DNA from: Epiperipatus broadwayi
Taxonomy: Eukaryota; Animalia; Onychophora
Direction: 5' to 3'
Assembly (NCBI GenBank): GCA_028023455.1
Contig: JAQFVV010000004.1
Coordinates: 11,780,001 to 11,844,000, forward strand
Length of the DNA stretch: 64,000 bases
The number at the start of each line of letters is the position of its first letter. Within the stretch, counting starts at the first letter, position 1. The translations under genes and the position numbers were made by a program. Positions 18,481-30,627 of this stretch are shown piece after piece. Below the pieces are notes generated by a model. It saw nothing but the letters and a program-made list of their open reading frames with translations, was not told the DNA's origin and searched no databases.

Positions 18481-18898
18481 ATAACTGTTGATACATATAT
18501 CAGAATATTTTTATTGTTTAGGAAAAATAGTCTTAAAAATGCATTGAATTAAGGTAGCATAAATTATAAAACTAAATATAAAACAATTCAGAACATAGAG
18601 AATAATATAATTTATCATAATTATTGTTTATTCAATTTTTTTTTGTAATATGTTAACGTTGACTGTTTCGCTTTAGAAACAATTCTCAAATGTGAATATT
18701 TAATGCCTCTCAATAATTTTTTATTCAATTCTCCATATAGTTTTAGTACCAATGATAAACTTACACATTTTTATAATTAGATTATAATATAGGATTATGT
18801 AGGTGAAAAATTGATATTTTAATTCCCAGGTGGTATGCTTATGACCACATATAAAAAGACAGGATTTGTATTTTATTTTGAAACATATTCTAAAAATT

Positions 18899-19079
18899 AG
18901 ATGTGATATGCTGGACTCTTTCCATCATCTATGAGTGAATGTTGAATGTATAGAAAATTTTAAACTTTATTTAAACTTTCCAAATACAAACAACTTGTTA
19001 GTAATAACACACAGATTATTTTCTATACATTCAACATTCACTCATAGATGATGGAAATAGTGCAACATATCACATCTGA
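18899..19079. repeat. ~60-bp inverted repeat with ~58-bp spacer (fold-back/MITE-like)
   Basis: agatgtgatatg...ttccatcatctatgagtgaatgttgaatgtatagaaaat pairs with attttctatacattcaacattcactcatagatgatggaa...catatcacatct. Confidence 0.85.
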
Positions 19080-19413
19080 TAATATACCATAATCACAATC
19101 CTTCAGCCAAATATTCTAAAAATATCTTAAAGTTCCTAAAATATAGTCTAGACTTCAAGAATGTTATATTTTAATTTTGTAATGTCTTTAAATATTATAT
19201 TTATGAGGAAATTTGGATTTAAAGACATACCATTCTACTATTCCACAATAATATGCTCAATTTTCTATAAAATGAAAGATCTTAATATTTTGATATATAA
19301 TTCTTGTTAGTCATTGTTACTATAAATATTTGGAAATAGGTCAGTGATATGTAAGCAGCATAAATATTGAATTATGTCAAAGACATGTTATTTAAAGATG
19401 GATAGTTATATAA

Positions 19414-20262
19414 TGACCAATAGCTCTTAACAAGCTTTTCAGAACATCCCTATCCCCAGACCGCTATCTAGCTCTGGCTTTCATCAGTGAGGTGCTAGGA
19501 CATTTAAGCACTAGATTTAAAATACCAGGTCAAGCCCAGCACTTTAACTAATATTTAACTATTATGTAGAAAATCTGAAATTTTCAGATATCCGTATGTC
19601 TTCAAATCTAGCTATCTAGCTTAAATAGCCATATGGAACTGGACTAAGTTTAGATACACCATATATTAATAGCTTTAGCAATATAAAATCAGCAAAGCCT
19701 TAAGCCAGAGCTACAAACTGGTCTGGGGCTAGGGATGTTCTGAAAAGCTTGTTAAAAGCTAAATACCAATAATTGCAAGGAAATCAACTCATATATCATG
19801 TGATTTAATTCAATAAGCTTGTATTACAAATGTTATATAAAGAGCATGCCAATAGCTATTAACAAGTTTTTCAGAACATCCATATCACCAGACCACTTGG
19901 TAGCTCTGGCTTAAGGCTTTGGTGATTTTATATTGCTAAAGCTATTAATACATGGTACATCTGAACATAGTTCAGTCCCATATGGCTATTTAAGTTAAAT
20001 AGCTAGATTTAAAGACATTTGTCTAAAAATTTCAGATTTTCTACTTAATAGTTAAACATTAGATAAAGTGTTGGGATTGATCGGATATTTTAAATCTAAC
20101 GCTTGAATATCCTAGCCTTTCACTGAAGAAAACCAGAGCTAAAAACTGGTCTTGGGATAGGGATGTTCTGAAAAGCTTATTAAGAGCTATTGGCACACTC
20201 ATTATATAACATTTGTAATACAGGCTTATTAAATTAAGTCATAACTTGATTTTCTTGCAAAA
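19414..20262. mobile_element. Family B (PLE-type, HHR-bearing) nested double fold-back insertion
   Basis: Order of segments: long antisense arm 19414-19700, short sense arm, inverted tail, short antisense arm, long sense arm 19915-20195, tail. Degenerate HHRs at 19453-19492 (-) and 20119-20157 (+). Confidence 0.85.
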
Positions 20263-21130
20263 ATGGACAATATGCAATAGTAGGAGGAAATTGTTCACAT
20301 ATAAATTCTAGCAATATTATATGACACAATATTTAACAGATTAAATAGAGAACAATAGCTATGTAATACTTATTAAATTAAATATTTTTGCTCCAGTGAT
20401 TTGATATATGAGATGTAAGATGAAAATTTTTGTTTCCTTCTTATAAAATACTATTTTGTAATTTGAAAATATTTAGAAGTTTTCTAATGAATGTAAAAAA
20501 GAAAGCCAATTCTATGGCTTATTTCCAGGTAGTTTGATTATTTGATTCGGTAAGTAAATTTATTTCATAGAATTTATTAAAAACATGATTTATTGAATAA
20601 TAAAATCGTAAACTCATATTATTTATAAAGCATGCCTATTATGTAAATGGAGTCATTACAAAAATTATTTGAAATATCCTATGTTCAATATAAATCAGTG
20701 AAAATTCATACATAAATTTATTCTACTCTTTCCTAAACAATCCAATAATTTATTAGCTCATTAAATCAAAATGTTAAATGATATATTACTACAAAAACAT
20801 ATTTAATGCCTATTTAAATTATTTAATAATCAATATACCTCATTTCTTTGCATACAACATGAACTGCTAAAATATCATAACCATATAAACAAATATCTGT
20901 CTTTCATACATAGAAATCTAAAAATATCTTAAAAATAAATACAATCTATGATTTATTTAGATATTTTTTGAATTAACATTAAATCAACATCTCTTATTTT
21001 AATGGCATTTTGTTTTAATAATATCAGTTGTCATAAAGGTTCTTTTTGAACCCTGAATAATGTATATTTTATAAAAGAAAATTAGCATGAATAAAAATAT
21101 TATGAATAAGAAACAAGAAAAATACAGTAC

Positions 21131-21169
21131 CTGGGTGAGCCAGTTCTATTTCTAAAGTCATGTCAATTG
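21131..21169 (-). CDS. Candidate short exon of unidentified gene (IDMTLEIELAHP)
   Basis: Open frame bounded by aattag and a gtactg donor. Short and unverified. Confidence 0.2.
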
Positions 21170-23689
21170 CTAATTCATTATAACACCAAAAATGTTATCA
21201 AATGCTCATAATATTTTTTAAATTTTGAACAATTTAGGAAAAACATAAAAGTAGTAAAAATTGAAATAAGTAATTTTTTTAAATATAAATACCAAACCCT
21301 CCATTACACACAATGTAATGCAATGTTTTTATTAAATTCTTTACACCAGTTGATATTTTTGTATGTACAATAATTTTTCTCAGTTTTTTCCTCTGCTTCA
21401 TTTACAATGTTAATAAATGAAATCTTTTACATTTTTTTTACATGCATTAGAGCAAGGTTTGCATTAATTTGCTACATGATATAGAATGAGAGAATCAATC
21501 ACTAATACTACATATAATTTCAATATGTTTACTTTTTGTGGAATATTATTTTTGTGTTATATTTATAAGTATTATTTCAGATAGAATAAACTTCTTATCA
21601 TAACTTTCCAGTAGGTGTTTCAAGTCAAGCAAAATAGTCTATCAATTTAAAAATTATAAACATGTTTATCATTACTAATTATTAATATTTATTTACTTTA
21701 ATATCTTGAGCATTATTCACATGAGATTATTTTAAAATGGGTTCCAAGTAGTCGCTTACTAACTTAAAGATGTGGTTAATTCATCAAGTTTTTTTAAATC
21801 TTGATTTTGTTTTGGAAATTCTTTCAATAACATTTAAAATTTACGATTTATTTTAGTTTTAACTTATATCATGCAAGAAGTTTGGTATAATTATTTTTAG
21901 CAATTAGTTATTTTCTAATGATTAGAAAATAATTTTACATTGGCTGGTGAATTATTTTTCAAGATAAATTCTTATCAAAGCAAAAGTGATAAGATGGATA
22001 TAAGATAGTTATAAAAGCTATTACACCTGTGATAATTGTAAATATTATATATAATTTAGATGTTATGCATAATGTTAAATATATAAATGTTAGGACATTT
22101 AAGCCAAGATAGACATACGTTTATAAATTTTAGCTTTTATTCATGCGAAACATACTTTGAATACATTGAGTATCATAATCACCTTTATGTTTATTATGGA
22201 TTAATTTTATGTGTACTTGCTAACTATTTTTGTATTTAAATTAATTTAAATTCATTGTTTGTTATTCAAATGTATGTAAAGATCTTCAGAGAGTCCACTT
22301 TTTTGACAGAGGGATGTTGGTTTCCTTTTTATCTACAGTAAATTCATCCTTGGCTATTGTCCAAGCCTCCTTTATCTTTCATTTTTTTATCTTCCTTTTC
22401 AACGAAAATGACATATGCTATGCGTAAAAAAATCATTTTAGCATTAAGAATAAAGTAATTAATTTAGATTTAAAAAATGTAAGTATATGGGAAATAATGT
22501 ACTCTTATGAAATTAACAGGAACTTTAAAAAAATTATTGATCAGAAATAGTGGAATATTATCATATACATGATTAAAATTATCTATTACAGATCATTCTA
22601 TTACTTTTAAAAAATTATTTTGAATATTATTAATTACTGATGCTTATATATTTACCTTTTTTTATGAAATATTAGTTTACTTCCAGAAATGTAGCTAAAT
22701 CTTGAGTTACTAATTGTGATGTTTATAATCTATTCTGATGTATTGTTTTTATTTAATATATTTATGACTAATATGCAATATTCTGTATATCTTAGTTTCT
22801 ATAAATATATTTATAAATTTATAAGTTATCCACTAAAAAAATCATTATCATCTGAACTGACATTTACTTATCAGAATCCTTATTTTTATAACATCCCATA
22901 CATAAAAGATCACTTTATATTTGTTAGATAGCCTGGTGAAAGAGATTTTGATATTAACAGCATTAAGAAAGTGGTCATTACACAAGCCAAATTAATTAGT
23001 TACTTCATATTTAACTATAGATTATTAATTCAAAATGGTTTTTAAATGAGTAGAAATTGTCTCTGTCATATTAAGTACAATGTTTGATTGTTATTGTTTC
23101 AATGTTTACAAATAAATTTATAATTCTGTACCTCTTATATAATAACATATGAACGTGTGCATGTAATTATATTTCAAACAAGCTATAGATAGGTTCTAAA
23201 GATGGTAAATCAGATAGAAAGTGTGAATAATAAATAAACAATGCCTAACCAAGAATACCTCTTGCTGTCTTGTAGAATAAGATGCTGTTGTATCTAAGTT
23301 AGATACTGCTTCTTATACAAACAATGTTCTTTGATTCTTTTATCACATTGTGAATCTCTCATGCCATTGGTTCTATTCATATAATTATGATAATGGGATT
23401 GAGTGTTTGTGCAAGCACACTGCCATCCTTTAATCACATGCACATCATTTATGCCTTCAATTCTCTTTTTCTTTTACCTCAAGCCATCAATAATTAAGAA
23501 TGCACTGATGAATAAAAGAATTAATAGACTGGCTGTTCTTATGATTTTATTCAGGCCAATACAATCACCATTATGTCAGTTTAAAATTTAATTTGAGGCA
23601 TATAATTTCAGCTGTCAAAAATTATATGTTTGGAAACTTTATTTAATGATGCATTGCCTACTATGCAATGTAGTCTAAATATAGCTTAT

Positions 23690-23963
23690 CATCATATGAC
23701 CACCACCTCTTATGCTTGTGTATAACTTGTTAAAACATGCAAAACTCACTATACATATTGCCACACACAGCAAGCTAGAGATCTAGGTGCAGTGCTCTCA
23801 GATCCAAGGCTCCTCACTGATGAAGGCCACAAACCAGAAACTAGTCTGGGGATATTAGATGAGTAGGCACTAGATAAGGATTTCATGCACAAGCCTTCCA
23901 GCATCCATTGATTACTCTAGATTGCTGTGTGTGGCAATACATATAGTGAGTTTTGCCTGTTTT
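23690..23963 (+). mobile_element. Family A (subfamily A2) fold-back copy
   Basis: Left inverted tail catatgaccaccacctcttatgc...ttgccacacacagcaagctagag. Sense arm carries the HHR and ends gtgtgtggcaatacatatagtgagttttgcctgtttt. Confidence 0.9.
23811..23852 (+). ncRNA. Hammerhead ribozyme motif (family A), one stem II mismatch
   Basis: tcctca-CTGATGA-a-ggc-cacaa-acc-a-GAAA-ctag-TC-tgggga. Confidence 0.6.
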
Positions 23964-24810
23964 ATAGATTATCATAAATGTTTGTCTAAACAGTTCTGGT
24001 GGATTATTCATTAAAGTGATACAAATAATAATAGTGGTAAAGATAAGCATTTAAAATATATTTTTTCTAAATATATAAATATGGAATGTATAAACTTTAT
24101 TTGATATAAACTCTTAAAAATCAGAAAGAACAATAACTCTGAGAGCTAAGGATTTGTCAAGATTTAAGATCAGTACAGCTGCTCTTAATGGAACTTGTCT
24201 TCTAGAGTGAAGTGAATTTGTACAACAGGTTGAAGCTCACAATTTTTTAGGAAGAGAAGATCAAACAATAAAAGAAGATGGCATAGTATATGATTTACAG
24301 CAAAATCTAATGTAGAATCTTCTGTTTTTGAAATTTCTTGATATAACATTGAAAAGCCAATAATATTAAACTTAACTTTTATAGTAGTATTTGTTCTCAT
24401 TTTATTAATGCATATAATTTAATGTTAATTTCAAAGAACACTGAGAAAAAAAGCTTTTATTCCTTGCTGGACAATATTATAGCAGCAATATAATTAAAAA
24501 AAGATTAAAATTTTCTTCATGAAGATTTTATGTTAATAAAAATAGAAGACATTAGCTAAAAATTATTGGAAATAATGGATAATAAGTAAACTTGAAAGGT
24601 CTATTGTTGCTATTGAATTTTAGACTATTGCAAATGTTTTGTTTATGCATAAAAATCACTAAAAACGTAATTAGACTCATATTTATATTTATTATTATAA
24701 CAATAGTTTGCTATTAAACATTCCGAAATCTTTTTTTACTTATTGGAATACTATTAGTTCTCTATTTCATTGAGTATTGGATTTCGATTAATAACCATTC
24801 TTTCTTTACT

Positions 24811-24928
24811 TTCATCTTTTCATTATTTCTTTCTTCACAAATGATCTTAACAATAATTGGATTGATTTCATACTTGGACTTGTAGGTTTTTTTTTTATGT
24901 CAAAATAACTATTTGCATAGATTTGAAT
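24811..24928 (-). CDS. Candidate exon, needs a frameshift in an A10 run
   Basis: Strong acceptor ttttttattttatcag. Reads IQIYANSYFDIKK[A10 fs]TYKSKYEINPIIVKIICEERNNEKMK, then a gtaaag donor. Confidence 0.25.
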
Positions 24929-26164
24929 CTGATAAAATAAAAAATTTGGAAATTTATATGTCTGATATTGCAAGATTAATCTCATAAAACTGATGTGTTA
25001 AGCAATATAAATATATATATGAATAAAAATGTAATAAGAATGGATGTTGTTATCATATATATCAAGTATTGAAAATAAAGTCAGAACAATATGTGCTTTA
25101 TGAATATCTTAAGCAAAGAGAATTGAACCAACCAAATACTATTTGTAGTATATATTGTAATAGTCATGCCAGTATAAAAGAAAGAATACATAAATGTAAT
25201 CAATAATAATAAAAATAAAATTTATCCTTATAAAACCTATCTAGTATTGCATCTAATAACACCCATCTACTAATGTGCATGGACTTTAAATGAAAACTTC
25301 ATTATCATAATGGCATCTATCTAATTCCATAAAATGCTAAATAGATGTCCATACACATTACATATTTTATATATTTCTTTCATATTCATCTCAAAATAGG
25401 TTTATAGATTTCAGATGGAAGACTTTTTCATGTCTCAGAGTTGATTCTAGAATGAATTACAAAAATAAAACAAAAAAACAATTTAAATATTAAACTCAAA
25501 ATAAACTCTTTATAATGAATAAAACATAATGTTGACTAGTACATCTATAATATACCATTTAAGTTAACTAGAAATTATTACTCAAACTACTGCTATCAAT
25601 ACTTTCATTTAATGCTTCACTAAATAATCTAATAATAGACTTAACTTTTATTTTTTATTAATTATTTATGTCTCATAGTATTCCCCATGGTACTTACATA
25701 TTAGTCTGGTAATGAGATGTCACATATGTATTAATCTATAAATAATTTTCTAATCTTGGTAAATAACATTTACATGGGAGCTTCTGACAAACTTAATTGA
25801 TCAATTAAAGATTTATTTGGGAAAATAATGACCTGTAACTTTATTTACTGAAAATAATACAAGCATCTAGAAACATACGTTTATGTTTTTTGTGAGAAAT
25901 TATCTTCCCTTATGTAAACTTATAAAGATTTTTTATTTTGAAAAATGGTCATGTAGAACTTTATTTAGTGAAAATGAAAATAAACAATCATTTACGTTTT
26001 TTGCAAGAAATGATCTTCCAACAAGTAAACTGCTAGCAATCTACATTTATTAAATGGTAACCAAATGGAAAAAATAATATGTGCATATTTAACTGTGCAA
26101 TTCTGTCCACTTAGAAAATGTTATTTCTTAGCATCATTGCAGCGGAGAACTGAAGTTTTTTTAC

Positions 26165-26284
26165 CATGAATAACATTCCATTACCAATGGCTTCTCTCTT
26201 TCTAACAGTCCCATTGTTTGTCCAAACATTGGATATAAAGTGATGTCATAACTGTTTGTGTAGACTTTTTGTGAGAACAGGATG
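26165..26284 (-). CDS. Candidate 120-nt exon of unidentified gene (ILFSQKVYTNSYDITLYPMFGQTMGLLEREKPLVMECYSW)
   Basis: Fully open 39-codon frame between aaactatag and gtaaaa, phase 2-2, less AT-rich than its flanks. Confidence 0.4.
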
Positions 26285-26538
26285 CTATAGTTTTAAAAGT
26301 AGTGGACTGCATCATTTTTGGTATTGGGCAGTTTCCAAATTTTAATTATTTAATTTTTTTTTTAAAAATTATATATATATATTCATTTTGGCAAGCATTT
26401 AAGATAGACAGTAAATTACATGTAAATAAACAGAGCAAAACTCTCCATACAGCATTGCCACCTGTGCTAAACAGAATAATCAATGGATGCCAGAAGGCTT
26501 GTGCATAAAATCCCTATCCAATGCCTACTCATCCAATA

Positions 26539-26580
26539 TCCCCAGACTAGTTTCTAGCTTGTGACCTTCGTCAGTGAGGA
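26539..26580 (-). ncRNA. Hammerhead ribozyme motif (family A), core intact
   Basis: tcctca-CTGACGA-a-ggt-cacaa-gct-a-GAAA-ctag-TC-tgggga. Confidence 0.7.
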
Positions 26581-26992
26581 GCTTTGGATCTGAGAGCACT
26601 GCATCTAGATCTTAGGATCTAATGCAACATTCTAGCAACCACCTTTTATCTCTACTTAACTACAAAACTATGAGAATAAAATTGAAAACAAAAAATATTT
26701 TCAATCTAAGCTCAATAGCTTATATAGTCATATGGGTCTGAACTCAGTTCAGAACCCATACATTTTGGTGTCTTTGGCTCTTTTACAACCATAGCCACCA
26801 CTATCCTATTAGGCAGGATTGGTGTTAAACCATTAAGCATCACATGATCACATTTCCTATACTAGCACATTAGTTGTTGATAAACAGAGCAAAACTCTCC
26901 ATACAGTATTGCCACCTGTGCTAAACAGAGTAATCAATGGATGCCAGAAGGCTTGTGCATAAAATCCCTATCCAATGCCTACTCATCCAATA

Positions 26993-27034
26993 TCCCCAGA
27001 CTAGTTTCTGGCTTGTGACCTTTGTCAGTGAGGA
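26993..27034 (-). ncRNA. Hammerhead motif (family A) with G8>A core mutation
   Basis: tcctca-CTGACAA-a-ggt-cacaa-gcc-a-GAAA-ctag-TC-tgggga. The change is a CpG-type transition at conserved G8. Confidence 0.55.
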
Positions 27035-27521
27035 GCTTTGGATCTGAGAGCACTGCATCTAGATCTTAGGATCTAATGCAACGTTCTAGCAACCACCTTT
27101 TATCTCTACTTAACTACAAAACTATGAGAATGAAATTGAAAACAAAAAATATTTTCAATCTAAGCTCAATAGCTTATTTAGCACAGGTGGCAATACTGTA
27201 TGGAGAGTTTTGCTCTGTTTATCAACAATTAATGTGCTAGTATAGGAAATGAGATCATGTGATGCTTAATGGTTTAACACCAATCCTGTCTAATAGGATA
27301 GTGGTGGCTATGGTTGTAAAAGAGCCAAAGACACCAAAATGTATGGGTGCTGAACTGAGTTCAGACCCATATGACTATATAAGCTATTGAGCTTAGATTG
27401 AAAATATTTTTTGTTTTCAATTTCATTCTCATAGTTTTGTAGTTAAGTAGAGATAAAAGGTGGTTGCTAGAATGTTGCATTAGATCCTAAGATCTAGATG
27501 CAGTGCTCTCAGATCCAAAGC

Positions 27522-27563
27522 TCCTCACTGACGAAGGTCACAAGCCAGAAACTAGTCTGGGGA
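27522..27563 (+). ncRNA. Hammerhead ribozyme motif (family A), core intact
   Basis: tcctca-CTGACGA-a-ggt-cacaa-gcc-a-GAAA-ctag-TC-tgggga. Confidence 0.72.
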
Positions 27564-29394
27564 TATTGGATGAGTAGGCATTGGATAGGGATTTTATGCA
27601 CAAGCCTTCTGGCATCCATTGATTACTCTGTTTAGCACAGGTGGCAATACTGTATGGAGAGTTTTGCTCTGTTTATCAACAATTAATGTGCTAGTATAGG
27701 AAATGTGATCATGTGATGCTTAAATTACATGTACATGTTAGTTTTCCCAGACCATCAATTACTCATGCCAGCATTCTTTCATGACATCACAGCATGATTT
27801 AAATCATAAAATTAACAGCAAACACAACATTTATTTGGACTGGTGACTTTCATGATTGCTGAAATAATATGTAAGTACCTTCCATGACTCTTGACATATA
27901 TAAAAAATTTCTAGGGGGTTACCATATTTTTATAATATCATTAAACAATTATTCTAAATAGTATCAAATAAAACTCTTTATTAATTTTATCAAAATTGAT
28001 GTTTTTTAATGAGTAATCTATCAAGATGATCATCATGTATTTTAATAATTATGCATGAAATAAAACTGCACATCAAATGTGAATCATCCCAATACATGAG
28101 CATATGTTATACCAGAACCTGGTTGTATGTCCATGTATTTTATCCCAGCCAGAGAATCGATGCCAAAACATTACTTCAAACAACAGCCTACAGTTATTAA
28201 AAATATTACTTTAAACATCTGTTGTATAATTATCATTATTATCTTTAAACTTGGATTCAATACATTTATATTATTCATAAAAACATAATTTGATAAAATT
28301 CATGTTTATAATAAATGGTATAGTTCCATATGATGTAATGCCTCTTTTAATTTTTCAGTTTACTATTATTTTATTCTTATAACACTCATAACAAAATGTC
28401 CTCATTATTGATGTATATCCTAAACGAGTGAACATTTAAACATGTGGCAATAGATACCATACTTGTTTTACGCATGACTATAATACAAAACAATAGATGA
28501 TAAACATGGAATCAATTTTCCACCCTTCACTGACTGCAAAATATTAGTTTACCAAATTTCCTCACATAGTATATTTGTCAAACTTATTTGATAACAAAAA
28601 AACCATTTATCCTTATATATCAATTCTATTCAGTTATCATATATCCACACATACACGTGTATATTTGCTGCATATTTTCATAATCTTTAGTTTGTAATAC
28701 CATCATTTTCTTTAAAAGTTGTGTCACTGCTGCTGAGTCATTGAAATTAAAATTTCTTTTGTCTTCTTTTTAATATTTGCAGGAAAACCAAAAGGATGAC
28801 ATATTAACTAATACCACCATTCTCTGTGGCTTAAATTCTTTTTTAAAATGGTGTATGGCATGTTAAAATTTGACAAAATTTCGATTTTTTATTAATATTT
28901 TTATAAGTTCATTTATTTTTTTTCCTGCTCAGTTTACTAGATTGCATGAAGAAAACAAAGGCACAATTTTGGTATTGGCCAGCCTCCTTAATAAAATGGA
29001 TTTAACATTTCTTGATGATTTATAATTTCAAGATATTCATCCTTAAAATAAACATAATGTAAGTATTCAATTTTAATTTTTTATTATTTGAATATTATTA
29101 TTTTAAATTTTTTATTATTTGATAAATGTTTAATTTATAATGTGTTTGCATTTGTATTAGTGTGTTTGTGTATTATATAAATCATACTTGTATTCAAATA
29201 TAACAAAAGTACTGATTTATGTACAATGTAATTTTGGAGCTCTAATCCAAGTTTGAGGCAATCTTATTTTATAAATATAATTCTCAAAAGTTTTAATAAT
29301 TTATTAGTGTGTTTATATTTGTATTAGTATGTTTGTGTTTGTACTTGTATGTCTGTGCTTTTATAACAAGTAATGATTTATATATAAAAAAAAT

Positions 29395-29900
29395 TATGAT
29401 TGATTATCATATGTATTAGAAAGTTTGCAGCTGATAAATCAATCACAAAATTTATTGGACTTAGTACAATGTGAAAATATAAATTCTTAAAACTAATAAA
29501 GAGAGTTTTCAATTGGTGTATTTGGTGATAGAAACAATGGTTATGTATACCACATGGAATTGTATACAAGTTAAGAATCAAATCTTGATTCTTGCCTATG
29601 CCTTGATACTCATGCCGTGGAGTCAATAGTTCTGCCACATCTTGCATCACATTATTTTCAAGTCTATAGCTAATAAATGAGCTATATGCAAATAAATTAT
29701 ATCTATGGGGGGCAATAAATATAACAAAATAGCATCACTGGTGTGCACAAAAAAATATATACCTCACTGGTGTACCCAAAAAAATATAAAATAAAGAGAG
29801 GAAACTCATTTTATTATTGATACAGACAGTTGTCTTCAATTTCTAGTTTTGGATAGATAAGAAGCCAATTGCTATGCTGACAATGCATAACCACCTTTTG
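29395..29900 (+). mobile_element. piggyBac-like transposase remnant
   Basis: Decayed motifs in order: ADKSITKFIGLS (cf. IDESMIKFKGRS), NGYVYHMELYT (cf. GYvynfeiYtGK), LYANKLYLWGAI, W.DKKPIAMLTMH (cf. W.DKK.V..LST.H). Confidence 0.7.
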
Positions 29901-30299
29901 GAAATGATTTATTTTATATCTTTTATTAACCTCTTTTTTGCTGATTATTTTATTGGCCGAGTGAGATAAAAGTCTAAACTTTTAATTGGTCAATTCACAA
30001 ACTCAAGCATCAATTCACAAACTCAAGTGTCAAAATATATCCATCTTTTAATATTATATTCACTTTAGTTTCATTTGTAAAAAGTATATTAATAAATTGT
30101 CAGGTTATGAAAGTGAACGAAAGTTTTTTTCAAAAATATATTTTTATTTATAATTATAAAAATATTCAATAGTGGAAAATATAAAAAAAAAGATTGTAAC
30201 AAATTACAAGTCATCTAAATGACATTGATTTCCCTCCTCAATTTACGTTATTATAAATGTTAAGAATTTTTTAGTAAAATCTTAGCATTTTTCTAAAAA

Positions 30300-30600
30300 T
30301 AATCATCAGCCAATCAGCGTTGAGACCGGATGGCTTCAGCCAACCAGCATTAAGAATGGATGGCCTCTTCCTTTTGTTAGACTTAACATATCCCTATTAT
30401 TGATTTTTTTACTTGTAAAATAATTCAAGAGAGGGCAGCATCTTACGAAACTTTTTATAATTTTTCAAATGACTGTAAAACCTTAATCGTAGCATTAAAA
30501 GTGACTGGATTTGAACGGTCGGAAGCCGATGCCAAATCATCACATTTTTAACCGTGACTACCAACCGATGTGTTAATTAAAGCTGAATCTATTTTTAATA
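30300..30600. promoter_or_regulatory. Putative (possibly bidirectional) promoter: tandem CCAAT-like 30-bp repeat in a CpG-retaining patch
   Basis: cagccaatcagcgttgagaccggatggc at 30307 and cagccaaccagcattaagaatggatggc at 30337. Cluster of CpGs at 30320-30570. Confidence 0.45.
30413..30495 (-). CDS. Candidate first coding exon (MLRLRFYSHLKNYKKFRKMLPSLELFY), basic N-terminus
   Basis: ATG to a gtaaaa donor, phase 2, compatible with the 26165-26284 exon. Speculative. Confidence 0.2.
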
Positions 30601-30627
30601 GATGCCTTGAAATTTTTTCACTTTTAG

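Larger units (their letters stand above)
26425..27720. mobile_element. Young family A composite insertion: 454-bp HHR unit, ~1.65 tandem copies antisense plus ~1.2 copies sense, 13-bp TSD
   Basis: cagagcaaaactctcc at 26431 and 26885 (period 454). Inversion junction at ~27178. TSD taaattacatgta at 26412-26424 and 27721-27733. Arms are nearly identical. Confidence 0.93.

Noticed and set aside
26425-27720. CRISPR-like or DNA-transposon MITE interpretation of the repeated and inverted units
   Set aside because: There is no repeat-spacer alternation. Arms are unequal, fold points vary, TSDs are 13 bp and an HHR is embedded, all of which fit PLE-type retrotransposition.
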